DNA of 53,607 nt, the filler included, from Squatina squatina (taxonomy: Eukaryota), in assembly GCA_031763465.1 (NCBI GenBank). It is 3 parts of 3 records of this genome, joined end to end, with 100 filler letters (N's around TTAATTAATTAA, not from the genome) between each part and the next. Parts side by side here need not be neighbours in the genome. Positions count along the whole stretch, not along the records: positions 1 to 21,645 come from JARFOE010000039.1; positions 21,746 to 39,789 come from JARFOE010331382.1; 1 more part is not named here. The stretch is one strand, 5' to 3'. Within the stretch, counting starts at the first letter, position 1. Each line of letters starts with the position of its first letter. The notes under the pieces are model-generated. The model saw only the letters and a list, made by a program, of their open reading frames with translations. It did not search any database and was not told where the DNA came from. This document shows, piece after piece, positions 11,625 through 23,262 of this stretch. Made by a program: the position numbers and the translations under genes.

Positions 11625-12030
11625 TAGGGAAAATTTAAGGAGCATTTAAAAAGGAAGACAGGCACAGAGGTTTGAGGAGGTCATTCCAGAGTTTGGGGGC
11701 CAAGGCAGCTTAAACCCAGCCGCCAATGGTGGAGCAATTGAAATAGGGAATGTGCAGGAGGCCAGTGTTTGAAGGAGCGCTGAGATCTCGGAGAGTTGTA
11801 GGTCAGTGAGCACAGATGGGTAGGATGACTAGATCCGCAGAGTCCCGAACCGGGACGATCAGGTTGCGCGCAGTCACTTCTTCGCTGGAAGTGCGAATGC
11901 GCAGTCAAGTGGGCGCGAAAAACTGACATTTGAGCACTTTTGAGGTAAGTGTCGGGACACGGCCTCAAAAACCGGGATATCTGGTCACCCGAGTGATGGG
12001 TGAATCGGGGCTTGGTGCGAAGTTAAAGTA
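11625..12030 (-). mobile_element. L2-type LINE 3' fragment interrupted by a MITE
   Basis: Aligns by eye with 51900-52210 (gccgccaatggtggagcaatt; ggtcagtgag.acag..gtgatgggtgaa). Confidence 0.7.
11821..11992. mobile_element. hAT-type (Tip100-like) MITE
   Basis: Imperfect TIRs taggatgactagat / atctggtcacccga, 8-bp TSD-like flanks cagatggg / gtgatggg, and internal cgggac motifs. Confidence 0.65.
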
Positions 12031-15000
12031 CGGGCAACAAATCCAAATCACAGCCAGCTGTGTTGCACGTTCTGTTCACTTCGCAAAAGCTCTGGAGAGA
12101 GATTCCTGGGCACTTCGTCCAGTAGTTCTCGAGCTCATAGGTTGGACTAACCTAACCTTCAACTTCCCAACCCCCGCTGGATTCTGATGACTAGTCCTTA
12201 ACCGGATGAGGTACCACCGAGAAATGGGGANNNNNNNNNNNNNNNNNNNNNNNNNNNNNNNNNNNNNNNNNNNNNNNNNNNNNNNNNNNNNNNNNNNNNN
12301 NNNNNNNNNNNNNNNNNNNNNNNNNNNNNNNNNNNNNNNNNNNNNNNNNNNNNNNNNNNNNNNNNNNNNNNNNNNNNNNNNNNNNNNNNNNNNNNNNNNN
12401 NNNNNNNNNNNNNNNNNNNNNNNNNNNNNNNNNNNNNNNNNNNNNNNNNNNNNNNNNNNNNNNNNNNNNNNNNNNNNNNNNNNNNNNNNNNNNNNNNNNN
12501 NNNNNNNNNNNNNNNNNNNNNNNNNNNNNNNNNNNNNNNNNNNNNNNNNNNNNNNNNNNNNNNNNNNNNNNNNNNNNNNNNNNNNNNNNNNNNNNNNNNN
12601 NNNNNNNNNNNNNNNNNNNNNNNNNNNNNNNNNNNNNNNNNNNNNNNNNNNNNNNNNNNNNNNNNNNNNNNNNNNNNNNNNNNNNNNNNNNNNNNNNNNN
12701 NNNNNNNNNNNNNNNNNNNNNNNNNNNNNNNNNNNNNNNNNNNNNNNNNNNNNNNNNNNNNNNNNNNNNNNNNNNNNNNNNNNNNNNNNNNNNNNNNNNN
12801 NNNNNNNNNNNNNNNNNNNNNNNNNNNNNNNNNNNNNNNNNNNNNNNNNNNNNNNNNNNNNNNNNNNNNNNNNNNNNNNNNNNNNNNNNNNNNNNNNNNN
12901 NNNNNNNNNNNNNNNNNNNNNNNNNNNNNNNNNNNNNNNNNNNNNNNNNNNNNNNNNNNNNNNNNNNNNNNNNNNNNNNNNNNNNNNNNNNNNNNNNNNN
13001 NNNNNNNNNNNNNNNNNNNNNNCAGAAGTGGTTGTCAATGTAATGGGTTAAACGTTCCTGAGAAGCTGTCTCATCAATCTGTCTAAAGAGTTGGACCAGA
13101 AAAATGTGTTTTGCTCCATTTTTGTAAAATTATAACTTGTTCTAGTCGTCCTATGTCGTGACTTTCTCAGCACATTGCCATTTCCTAATGAACTGTTTAC
13201 TCACGATTACCTTCCGTGTGGTTTCGTTGCACATTGTACCCACTTGGAATGGCACAAACCCAAGCGGTAAGACAACTTCTGAGGAATGTTTCTAGGGTTC
13301 AAGACAAGTTTATATCAGAAAAATACTGTGCACGGTCTCTGCAAAAAAATAAATCCACATAATTACTTCAATTACTTCAAAATCAAGGAATAAGGTATTG
13401 TGAAAGTATGTTTGTAGGTTAAAGCAAGGCATCTTATTTCATTCACTGAAATGTTTCAGTGTTTCACACAGATTAAAGAACCCCCAGTTGTTTTTGAATA
13501 GTCTTTGGAGGCTCATTGACGCCAAGTTACATAGCTTATTCCACATAGCCTGTCAAATGCAGCATTGTCATCGTGCCAAATTCTTCTAGAAGCCTTAAGG
13601 GAGCATGTTCAGCTGGACATTAAAAGAACTTTCCTTGAAAATGTTGTCAGCCTCTGCTTCAGTCGGATGGCTCCGTGCTCGCAAATACTTTACCGACAGA
13701 TCACGCTGTCTTTGTCCAAGAAGTTAAACAAAGAATTTGCTTCACGGCCCTACATGTCCATCCCCTGACTGAGAGCCCGTTAGATAATTCAGTTATGAGG
13801 AATGGAACCCAGACAGGTGGGGCCTCCTGGCTCAGGTTCAGCAAGATCTCANNNNNNNNNNGCCAGCTGGGTCACCAAACCTCAGACTGGAGCCACTTGA
13901 CAAGAAACCTTTTAGAGACTCGCATTTAATCACTGCATCTCAAATATTATTTTGTCAATTATCTTGTCTCCCAGCCCCATTGACCACAGTATTATGAATT
14001 GTCACACAAAGGCAGAGAGAGCATTTTAGAAGCATGTAAAGTTATTGTCAATTATAGTGTTCAACGCACTGACTAATGCTTTCCTTGCCAACAGTGGAAA
14101 GAAGGCACAACCCAAGCTGACTTGTTTTCCCACATATAAAGGAGATGAGCTGGAGCCAAATCTTCACATCGATCCGTGGAGCTTCCATTGCCCAAGCTGC
14201 TTGTTATAGTATTGCCTAGACCCACTGAGAAATCTTTCCTTCCATTCCTCATTGGCATTTTATTGCCTAAGAGCAGTATAATTGATGCAAAGACCATGAT
14301 TATGAAGAGATTATAATGAAATATATGTGTTTTCTTTTTGCTATATAGGTGGATTTGATCAGCTTGAATGCTTTCTGAATATTACACATTTCAAGCCTTT
14401 GTCCGATTCCCCCTCTTTAAATTTGATAAATTAGAATGATATTAATTGATGGGAAGCCTACCGCATCTGGAACATTTTTCATTATTTTACTTGTTTACAG
14501 TTTGGATTAGAAGCTACTCCTTTATAATCTCGAATACTATCAAGTTTCTAAAAGAGGAAAATCTCAGGGTAACTAATTATATCTCTGTCTCCTTTGCTTT
14601 GCACTCTCTCCAATACATCAGATTAACATTTTTGGAACGAGGGGATCGGTCTTACAATTGGCGTTCCCAATGCAGAGCCCTACAATATAGAAGCACATAT
14701 CAGGAATTTGGGAATGGAGGTCAATCTGCAGTACAAGTCCCGGAATACAGATCTTTTTGCTGTGCCTATCACTGAGGTAGGGATTACCAACAGAAAGTCT
14801 TTGCATGCTCTATTAATGGCCAATCTTGCTGTCAATCATGAAAAATCTGGAGCTTTAAATTGAAATTGCCCTGTTTGGCGACGCCCGTTAGCGCCTCTGG
14901 GTGGCGCTAATGGGGCGCGAGACAGTTTTCGCCTGGAGTGGGNNNNNNNNNNNNNNNNNNNNNNNNNNNNNNNNNNNNNNNNNNNNNNNNNNNNNNNNNN

Positions 15001-17405
15001 NNNNNNNNNNNNNNNNNNNNNNNNNNNNNNNNNNNNNNNNNNACATCTTGTGTTTTCTAGCATTCCCGTACATTTACACAGCTACAGAAAGCCTCTTTCT
15101 AGCGTGTTGCTCTGATCTGGCCATGTTTGTATTGGCTGAGTTCTCTGGACATGGTTCTACATACCCCTGCAGAATACAAATGCCATACTGTCAGATCTTT
15201 AGACAAACTAGTCCCTGTAGCATATACACATCTGCTAGTGTACTACAGTTTTCATATTCTGGATAAAATTACAGGTTTGTTGTTACAATGGCATACATTA
15301 GAAAGGAGGTTAAAAAACACCTCAATGAGCAACACTTTACAGGTACCTTTCCCGAAGTTAATAAAAAGATCTATTTTTTGACTAAAAATATTGAATTGTA
15401 CTGCAGCCCAAAAGATATAAATGCTTTAATTTACAGCGGGCTATTGCCCAGAGTGTCCGCCGCAGTGCATTGAAGTAATGAGAGACCTGCCATTGTCTTC
15501 TGTTGGTTCAGCTGTTTTTATACAGGTTTTCATTGTTTCAATTACAACAGCACTTGAGGCCTGNNNNNNNNNNNNNNNNNNNNNNNNNNNNNNNNNNNNN
15601 NNNNNNNNNNNNNNNNNNNNNNNNNNNNNNNNNNNNNNNNNNNNNNNNNNNNNNNNNNNNNNNATGAGCCAGTTCTTTGGAGAAACAATCAGAACATCAG
15701 GAATTACCAAAAATTTAAGAGATTTTCCTCTTTAGATTGTAAGAAAGGAATTAGCTTGCTTGAGTTGATATTACTTGTCAAGCTATTTTCAATGCTTAGT
15801 GAGAGAAGGAATATCACGAAAGCCTTCATTTAGTTTTCTCCCACCTATTTCTCCATGCTTCCATCCTCACTCTTCACTGATTTGATGTTTTGCTACCTAC
15901 AAGTAGTTACGTGATAATTCCAGTGAGTTTTCCATTGGGTTAGGGAGCTGCGAGCACTTGTCCTAATCAGCTTTCAGTCCCCTTTTTACAACATTGCCGC
16001 TGAAACTTGGGACAGTTAACATGTTCTTCACCAACAAGTGGAATATGCTTTGAACAGCTTCCTGTCATCAATAATTTTTTTTTACTGAATTACATGCATT
16101 TTGTTTTAAAGTTAACAAAGACAGGTTTTCAAGTATTTATGAGTTGTGTGGACTTTAAAGATATATATATATGTATAGGGGCTCAAACACTAAATGGGGA
16201 TGTACTTAAGCGGAGTAGACTTTGTTTTTTATTCTACAATGCATGTTTTATTGGGTACCACTTTGATTCAGACTCCCTTTACTGCAATTCCTCAGAGTTT
16301 AATGTAATTACTGTGCATCTGTGAAAAGTCTGGTTTTCATTCAAACAGAAGTTGACGTCAACCTTTGCATGGTGCATTTTATGTTCCCGGGTGGCAACGG
16401 TGGAACACTTGATTTCACAAGCTGTCATGTCACAAAGAAGGTGTGTCTATTTATGTTAACTGCTCCCACAACAGTGAACAGGATGGCACAGTTCAAAAGC
16501 ATAAAGACTAGCATATGGGTATAAACAATGTAAAGAATAAAGGCATGGACAAGGATTATGGAACTTACAGTGAAAAAAAACTCAGTGCAAGGCACTAATG
16601 CTGGATGTTTTTTTAAACTTGTGAAACATAATAGCTCTTGTATAATGAACAAACGTTACAATGGGAATAGCAATGGCAAATGACGTTAACTTGACTACAG
16701 TAATGTTACTTCTGTCAAACAAACATCAACAATATGTAACTAAGTTAACGCCTAAGCAGTGGTACAGATACTGAAACTGAACTAACAGCCTCCAGCTGTG
16801 TGATCTTCCAAGGCTTTTTTTTATTGCAGATCAGATTCTCTAGTTATCTCACAGAGTTCCCCACAATTTATTGTAAAATTCTGTACTTAATTTTTTAAAA
16901 TAATTTTGCAGAGTAGATTGACTTTGCAGTGCATCTGCCCATGTCTAGTCTGTTCTTTTTAGCAGTAGATATTTTTAAACGGATACAGGAAATGTTGGAC
17001 ACAGCATATGTCACTCAGATTGAGAGATCACATTCCAAGTGAGAACTACAACTACTAATGGTTGAAGATTTGTATTTAATATTTAGAATATTAAAATCCC
17101 AGTTACACAATGGGCATAACAAAGTTTGTGAATCTACCAGTAATTCTAAGCTGGTGAGGCAAATGTAGATCGTCGTTATCCCATTCAACAATCTGATGCC
17201 TCGACTGAAGTTACTCTACCCCACCCCTTGTCTGCCTGCAATTACTCCTGTTTACTGTAAGTGTATCTAAGGAAAGCTTGACATGTATTGATGTATCATC
17301 CCTGCACTGATGGAGTCTCTGCGCTTCACCACCTTCACCGAATAAGAATGGGGCCATCCCAGGGTCTCTATCATGGAAGGATAACTTTAAAGCGCTGATT
17401 AACTA

Positions 17406-17761
17406 CACTGGGACTCCGCTATAACACGGTCCACAGAGTCCAGATCGCGGGACTGCGTTATAGGTGGACTGCGTTATAACAAGGTCGGGCGCTAGGACCG
17501 CGCTGAAACCTCTACTGCCGAATAAAGATTCAGACTCCAGGCTGAGATCTTATTTGATCTGTTGTGCTCAATTTTTCAGCATGGCACCTGCAGTAGAAGA
17601 GGAGGGAGAGCAACATCGGGTCGGCAGGGCCCAGAGACAAGTTGCAGAGTTCGGGGGGTGCGCAAGTTCGCGGAGATGTAGAAAATTTGGGGGTCCAAGG
17701 CAGACCCACATTATACTGAATCACGCGCTATAGTGAGGCGTGTTATAGCGGGGTCCCAGTG
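17406..17761. mobile_element. Tc1/mariner (pogo/Tigger-like) MITE, 356 bp
   Basis: 23-bp TIRs cactgggactccgctataacacg (17406-17428) and cgtgttatagcggggtcccagtg (17739-17761), one mismatch, with TA on both sides. Confidence 0.85.
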
Positions 17762-18011
17762 TAGCAACTAATTCTACAGGGTGGGTAAGGGCGGAAATTA
17801 ATACAGATGCCCTGCAACTGGCAGTGTGAAGCTGATTTGATGGCTGGGCTGGCTTTGTACATCAGATGCTCTCAGAATATAATTGCGGTCACTTGGGACC
17901 TTGGACCACTGNNNNNNNNNNNNNNNNNNNNNNNNNNNNNNNNNNNNNNNNNNNNNNNNNNNNNNNNNNNNNNNNNNNNNNNNNNNNNNNNNNNNNNNNN
18001 NNNNNNNNNNN

Positions 18012-18105
18012 AGAGAAAATAGTTTCTCTGTATCTACTCTATCGAATCCTTTAAGTAGATCACCCCTTAATCTTCTGTACTCAAGGGAATACAAACCAAG
18101 AGGCT
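18012..18105 (-). mobile_element. CR1 ORF2 C-terminal fragment
   Basis: LGLYSLEYRRLRGDL..KGFDRVDTEKLF. Confidence 0.8.
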
Positions 18106-18353
18106 GAAAGTGGGTTCTTGTAATGTATGGAATATAATAAAATTCCTTTGTCAAGTTTTTTCCAAGACACTGGTCTTCTATGCATGCTTGCCAAAACCTG
18201 GATTAAATGTAAAAGTGACTTTACTTCAGTTAGTAAGAAGAAATTATAATGGCACAATTGTTAGATGCTGAGAAATGTCAATGCAAACATCATAAAGAAT
18301 TGGAGTATTTTTAACTCGGAGTAACTGTGTTTAACTGATTCACTTTTTTTTAG

Positions 18354-18436
18354 GCCAAATGTTTGTGGATCACGTTTCCATTCATACTGCTGTCCGGGAT
18401 GGAAAACATTACCTGGTGGAAACCAATGCATTGTCC
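18354..18436 (+). CDS. Fibrillin (FBN2/FBN3-like), 83-bp N-terminal 4-Cys exon
   Basis: ttttttag| ... C|gtaagt. Translates (G)[27 protein letters not shown](P). RFHSY matches fibrillin-2 as recalled (FBN1 has RYNAY). Missed by the ORF track. Confidence 0.93.
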
Positions 18437-18647
18437 GTAAGTGAGAGAAATGGGAAGTGGGGTGGTAGTTGTAACCAAATGCCAGCAATCGAGCAATTTG
18501 ATAAAGGCTGGAGTATTAATGGAGAAGAAAGTATTGGATACAATGTTAGAGCTTTTCATTTCTATCTTTATTGTGTTTTGTAACTTAAAAATCTATTGAG
18601 TCAGAACCTTAAACACTTCAGATTAAGATGCACTTTTCTCATTTCAG

Positions 18648-18746
18648 CAATTTGCAGGAACTCGTGTGGCGATGGATTTTGTTCACGACCAAACATATGC
18701 ACTTGCCCGAACGGTCAGATAGCACCCACCTGTGGTTCAAAATCAA
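18648..18746 (+). CDS. Fibrillin (FBN2/FBN3-like), 99-bp EGF1 exon
   Basis: atttcag| ... A|gtgagt, phase-compatible with the previous exon. Translates (P)[32 protein letters not shown], a six-Cys EGF-like domain. Confidence 0.93.
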
Positions 18747-21645
18747 GTGAGTAAACATTATGAAATTGATTTGTTTATGAAGCAATTGATTTTTTTTTCC
18801 CAGTAGGGGTATCAGGCATAGGTGACCCGGGGCAGTGGTACATAGGATGACACCAGGCAGTGATGCTAGGGAACTTTTTATTGTTGCAATGANNNNNNNN
18901 NNCTTGTTCCAAAGCCTTTGCTATACTGCCTTGAAACTGTAAGTTAATTGATGTGTGAGAATGCCCTGGGGATTATTCTACTACTGATTGCCCTTTCAAC
19001 CTTTATGGGGAAATGCTTGACCTTGGTTTGCTGCTTCCTCCTAGTGTTGTGGCTGAGACCAGAAACTCACTGTTGTGTGGTTATGTGTGACTCTAGCATG
19101 AATTCACATGCACCATTCTGTGAGGTGGTGTATTGGAATACCAGTATGCTGTGAGCATACTGCTTTCAAGTGCCTTAAATGAACCTCATCATCCTGTTCA
19201 TAGAGTACCATAAATGTACCTGGCTGCATACCGCTTGCTTTTAATTGTGTTGTTTTGCATAAATTTTGTTTTTATGCTATTAGCTGGGTGTATTATTTTT
19301 ATTGATACGTTTTTTATTAATAATACTCTTGTTAAGTACCTTGGGACGTTTTGCTATGTTAAAAGATGCTATATAAATACAAATTGTTGTTATACTTGCC
19401 CCATGAACTGAGTTTGGGTNNNNNNNNNNNNNNNNNNNNNNNNNNNNNNNNNNNNNNNNNNNNNNNNNNNNNNNNNNNNNNNNNNNNNNNNNNNNNNNNN
19501 NNNNNNNNNNNNNNNNNNNAATTACAATGGAAAAGTTAATTTTTTTAATGTTATGAACAATGTAATAATTTTATAAGTACAGTTAGGAAAAAACTATTCC
19601 TGCAATGATTAGGGAATTTTAGACACTTTGCCAAACAGGAAATGGTGCGATATGCAAGTTTCATTTTTCTGTATTTCCTATGGTTATGTTGGGAACATTC
19701 ATGTTTACATAAACAGTACTTCTTTTGAACCCATGATATGATTTTTTTGCTGCAGCGTAACAGAGAAAAAATGCACTGATGTAGGAAAATGTGTGTTTTT
19801 GGCAGGAGAATGTCAGTTGGAATTTAGCGAAGCAGTTTAAATCTGCATTTACGCCAAGTGAGTCTCCACCGTCTGCTGTTTGTTTGTGTTTCATAGTCTT
19901 GGGATGGATATACTTTAATATATTCAATCCATAACTAACCAGAAACTTTTTGTCAGTTAAATCATATTATTGGGATTATTTATTTCCCCTTCATTTTGGG
20001 ATGTGGAATTAGTTTGTTACAAAATAACATTTTCAATAGAAGAAAATCTTAAAGCTAGACCGTTACAAGTTAGTGTCAGTAAAGATGTTCATGGCTGATA
20101 ATGAAGGAAGGTGCACGAACCTTGTACTGCTTAGGTATAAGTTTCAAATCATGGGCAAGAATTTCTATCATGTTATAGATGGCTCCTTAGTGAAGTCTAA
20201 GTTATGGCTTTTTGTTGTACCAAAAATTCTTTCTATTTAATGAAAAATTATCTATACAAAATGAGTTTGAAAACAGTAATCTGGTATTAGGATTCATTGA
20301 ATTTTTAATTTGTAATTAAGTGGGCATGACTGTGTGATTTTTATGGTGCGCATTTACTGTTTCTGAAGACATTATTAATGAACTGGGGGAAAAGGAAGTT
20401 TATTGCAGACTTCCGTTACTGTACTCCAATTATGAATGTGTGCGTTTTTCACTTTTTCACACCATTCATTTTGCTTTTTGTCTCGCCAGACTTTCCTTCA
20501 CATTTATCTTGTCTCCCTTAGCTGCATAATTTGCATTGCAGCTGAAAGGACAAACAGGTAGCCAAGGCCATCTTCACAACCTTTGTCAAAGCCACTGTGT
20601 GATTAGTTGGTAGGGAATGCTGAAGTGCAATCCAGGGTGGAAAATTTGCCAGTTTTCTCTTCAATTAAGCACTTGACCNNNNNNNNNNTTGCCTTCTGGG
20701 GATGTACGAAAGCTGATGCCAACTGAGACTGGCATTTATTGCAGAGTTATCTATACTGTGTCCATATATTCATAGTCAGTTATGTCCTGTGCCACAGCAA
20801 TACATTTTTTGATTGTTTTGTGAATACTAATTAATATTAATTTTCCCTAATTTGCAATAGTATGGGTACACACACCTTGGGAAAATATTCTTTAGCAGCC
20901 CACAACTTCTGTCACCATTCAACTAGAAATTATTTGGCTTGCATGTTATATTTTGTATACAACTTCATTATTGTGATTGATTACCATGATTTAAGAATAA
21001 AGGTAGATGTTATTACAACTGCAGTCTTATCAAATTCTTCTCGAATGTTGACTGACTCACTGAACCTTAAAGCTACAACTGTACTATATTCCTTTTAACA
21101 AGTCAGTACAAGAACATCCATGTTTATCTTTAGAGCCAGTCTGAGAATCTGGTCTTTTTAATGAATGTGTTTATAAATAGAGTTTATCATACTTTTAAGC
21201 TAATTGGTTCAGGTCTGTCTTTGGTCACAGTGAATCTGTGCAGAGTGGTTACTTATATGTATTGCTCAGTTTTTTCCTGGCTAATCTTTTTTTCAAATTT
21301 TTAATCTGTAATTATTGTTGAATTTAAGTTTTTTTTTATACACAAGATGGCAGCAGATTTTGGAGAGAAACGTGAGACAAACTAGCTCCACCTTGCCACC
21401 TGCTGGCATGAGCTTGCAAGTACATTATTATAGGTAACTTTACATACACGATTTCCATTCCAAATGTTTACGTAGGCAGTTTCAATGTTAAATTTTGACA
21501 CAAAAGCACGATCAAAAATTGTGACAACGTGAAGTTGGGCAGGAAGTCCGCATATAGACAAGATTTTGATTAGACCCGATTGACCAGTTGTAGCCTGATG
21601 CCAGTGGAAGTCTGCCATCTGCACCCTATTTTCCAATGGCCGCGT

Positions 21646-21745
21646 NNNNNNNNNNNNNNNNNNNNNNNNNNNNNNNNNNNNNNNNNNNNTTAATTAATTA
21701 ANNNNNNNNNNNNNNNNNNNNNNNNNNNNNNNNNNNNNNNNNNNN
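21646..21745. other. Artificial scaffold-joining spacer
   Basis: 44 N + TTAATTAATTAA (stops in all six frames, 21690-21701) + 44 N = 100 nt; identical at 39790-39889. Confidence 0.95.
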
Positions 21746-21872
21746 AGGGATCAGGGGGTACGGTGAGAAAGCAGGTACGGGGTACTGATCAGCCATGATC
21801 ATATTGAATGGCGGTGCAGGCTGGAAGGGCCGAATGGCCTACTCCTGCACCTATTTTTCTATGTTTCTATGT
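21746..21872 (+). mobile_element. Young CR1 3' UTR and tail
   Basis: gatcagccatgatcatattgaatggcggtgcagg...gccgaatggcctactcctgcacctatttttctatgtttctatg (8-mer tail repeat). Confidence 0.85.
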
Positions 21873-23109
21873 TAACCTCGTGGGATGAGAGCCGATCATG
21901 TTCAATGTTTGAAATCATTGATATACGCATTGAAAGCCACATTCTCCCTACTGGACATAATGGGCCACATTACAATCCCCCTGACTGGGTATGTATAAGA
22001 TTTGTACAGGGCAAAAGGTTTAGAATTTGATTTGGAGTCAGGATGCAGTTTTTTGGCTTCATGAGGGCCCAGTGCCGCAAATCTCAGTCGTGCCGAGCGT
22101 TTTATTGATGATATAAAGCTGATTGGCAATGTTGAAGCACCATTCTGCTGTTTCTTACAATACACACAATTTTCTTCCCTTTCCAGTTCCTTGATTCCTG
22201 CTGCTAAAATGTGTCGCTCTTAATAAAGGATTATTGTCCTTTCAGATGAGAAGCTGATGCTCCAGTAGAAATTGTCACTGCTGCTCATTGGAGACACAGG
22301 AAGCTCACACGACCCATTGTGGAGAATTGAATTTCCAGTGTTGGAAGTTCGTATTCTGCAATGTCTCGCTCAGGCAAATCCATCTGTCCAGCGGGGCCTT
22401 GGTCTCACTGTCTCCAACCTCGGCTTCAGTTCGCCTGGTTTCTGCTCCTCTTTCATTTCAACATATCCAAAATAACACCAGCTGTATAACCTTGTATTTG
22501 TCTGGCGCCTTGAACACTGTGAAAGGCCCCAAGGCGCTTTAAAGGAAATAATATCAAGCTAAATATTACCAGAAATCTATACGGTGTATTGGGTAACAGC
22601 CATGCAATAATTTGAAAGCAAAGGTGAGCCTTTTTAAAATCAAGGCATTCCAATGGATTTTATATTGTAAAGATGCTGAAATCCGACCTCTGAGTCAGAA
22701 AGTGAGGTGGAAGAACGTAAGAGTTTCAAACAGGAAAGCAGCTATTACTGCTCGCTCGACCTTGCCCCGTCACACAATTCAGTCCGTCAGCGCCTAATGT
22801 GCGCTGATCTGCTGAGGGGGTGAGGACCAGCTTCGTGCGTATTAAACCTTTCTGGAGCTTCATGTGCTGGAATTCGCTACCTTAATAAATCATCATTCTT
22901 CGTTCTGTGGACATTTCTGTTGAAGTGATGAATTAAAAATCAGAAACTGCTGCAAAGATGGCTTTCAGTTTTTTCGCTGGTGAATAAATGTTGGAGATCG
23001 AACCAAGACCTCATATATGGAAAGCATGCGCTCTCCCACTGAGTTACAACTGCTGGTCGTAGGTCTCCATCACCAAGTATAGAGGGACAGACTGTCTCAC
23101 CCTCTCAAT
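21871..23109 (+). repeat. ~1.24 kb segmental duplication, copy 1 (copy 2 at 34822-36063)
   Basis: Colinear by eye from gttaacctcgtg to tgtctcacc.tctcaat; includes a tRNA-Ala relic. Confidence 0.9.
22992..23053 (-). pseudogene. tRNA-Ala-derived pseudogene (3' T-stem deleted, anticodon position reads TCC)
   Basis: Minus: GCAGTTGTAACTCAGTGGGAGAGCGCATGCTTTCCATATATGAGGTCTTGGTTCGATCTCCA versus canonical GGGGATGTAGCTCAGTGGTAGAGCGCATGCTT.GCATGTATGAGGTCCCGGGTTCGATCCCCGGCATCTCCA. Confidence 0.8.
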
Positions 23110-23228
23110 TGGGCACTATTACAGAGACCAGGTTTGGAAGGTGTTAGAGTCTCACAATGGAAAGATGTGAAGGGGAGATGTGCATCATAGTTCAGGTCCA
23201 GATTACTGAATTGTGCTGCTGAATTTTC

Positions 23229-23262
23229 AGAGAGAGAGAAAGAGAGAGCGAGAGAGAGAGAG
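23229..23262 (+). repeat. (AG)n microsatellite, imperfect
   Basis: agagagagagaaagagagagcgagagagagagag. Confidence 0.9.

Noticed and set aside
21690-21701. TTAATTAATTAA as a biological palindrome or piggyBac site
   Set aside because: It is centred in symmetric N runs and repeated exactly at 39834, so it is an assembly linker.
22992-23053. Ala-to-Gly anticodon switch (TCC) as a mistranslating tRNA
   Set aside because: The acceptor stem is broken and the T-stem deleted, so it is a random substitution in a pseudogene.
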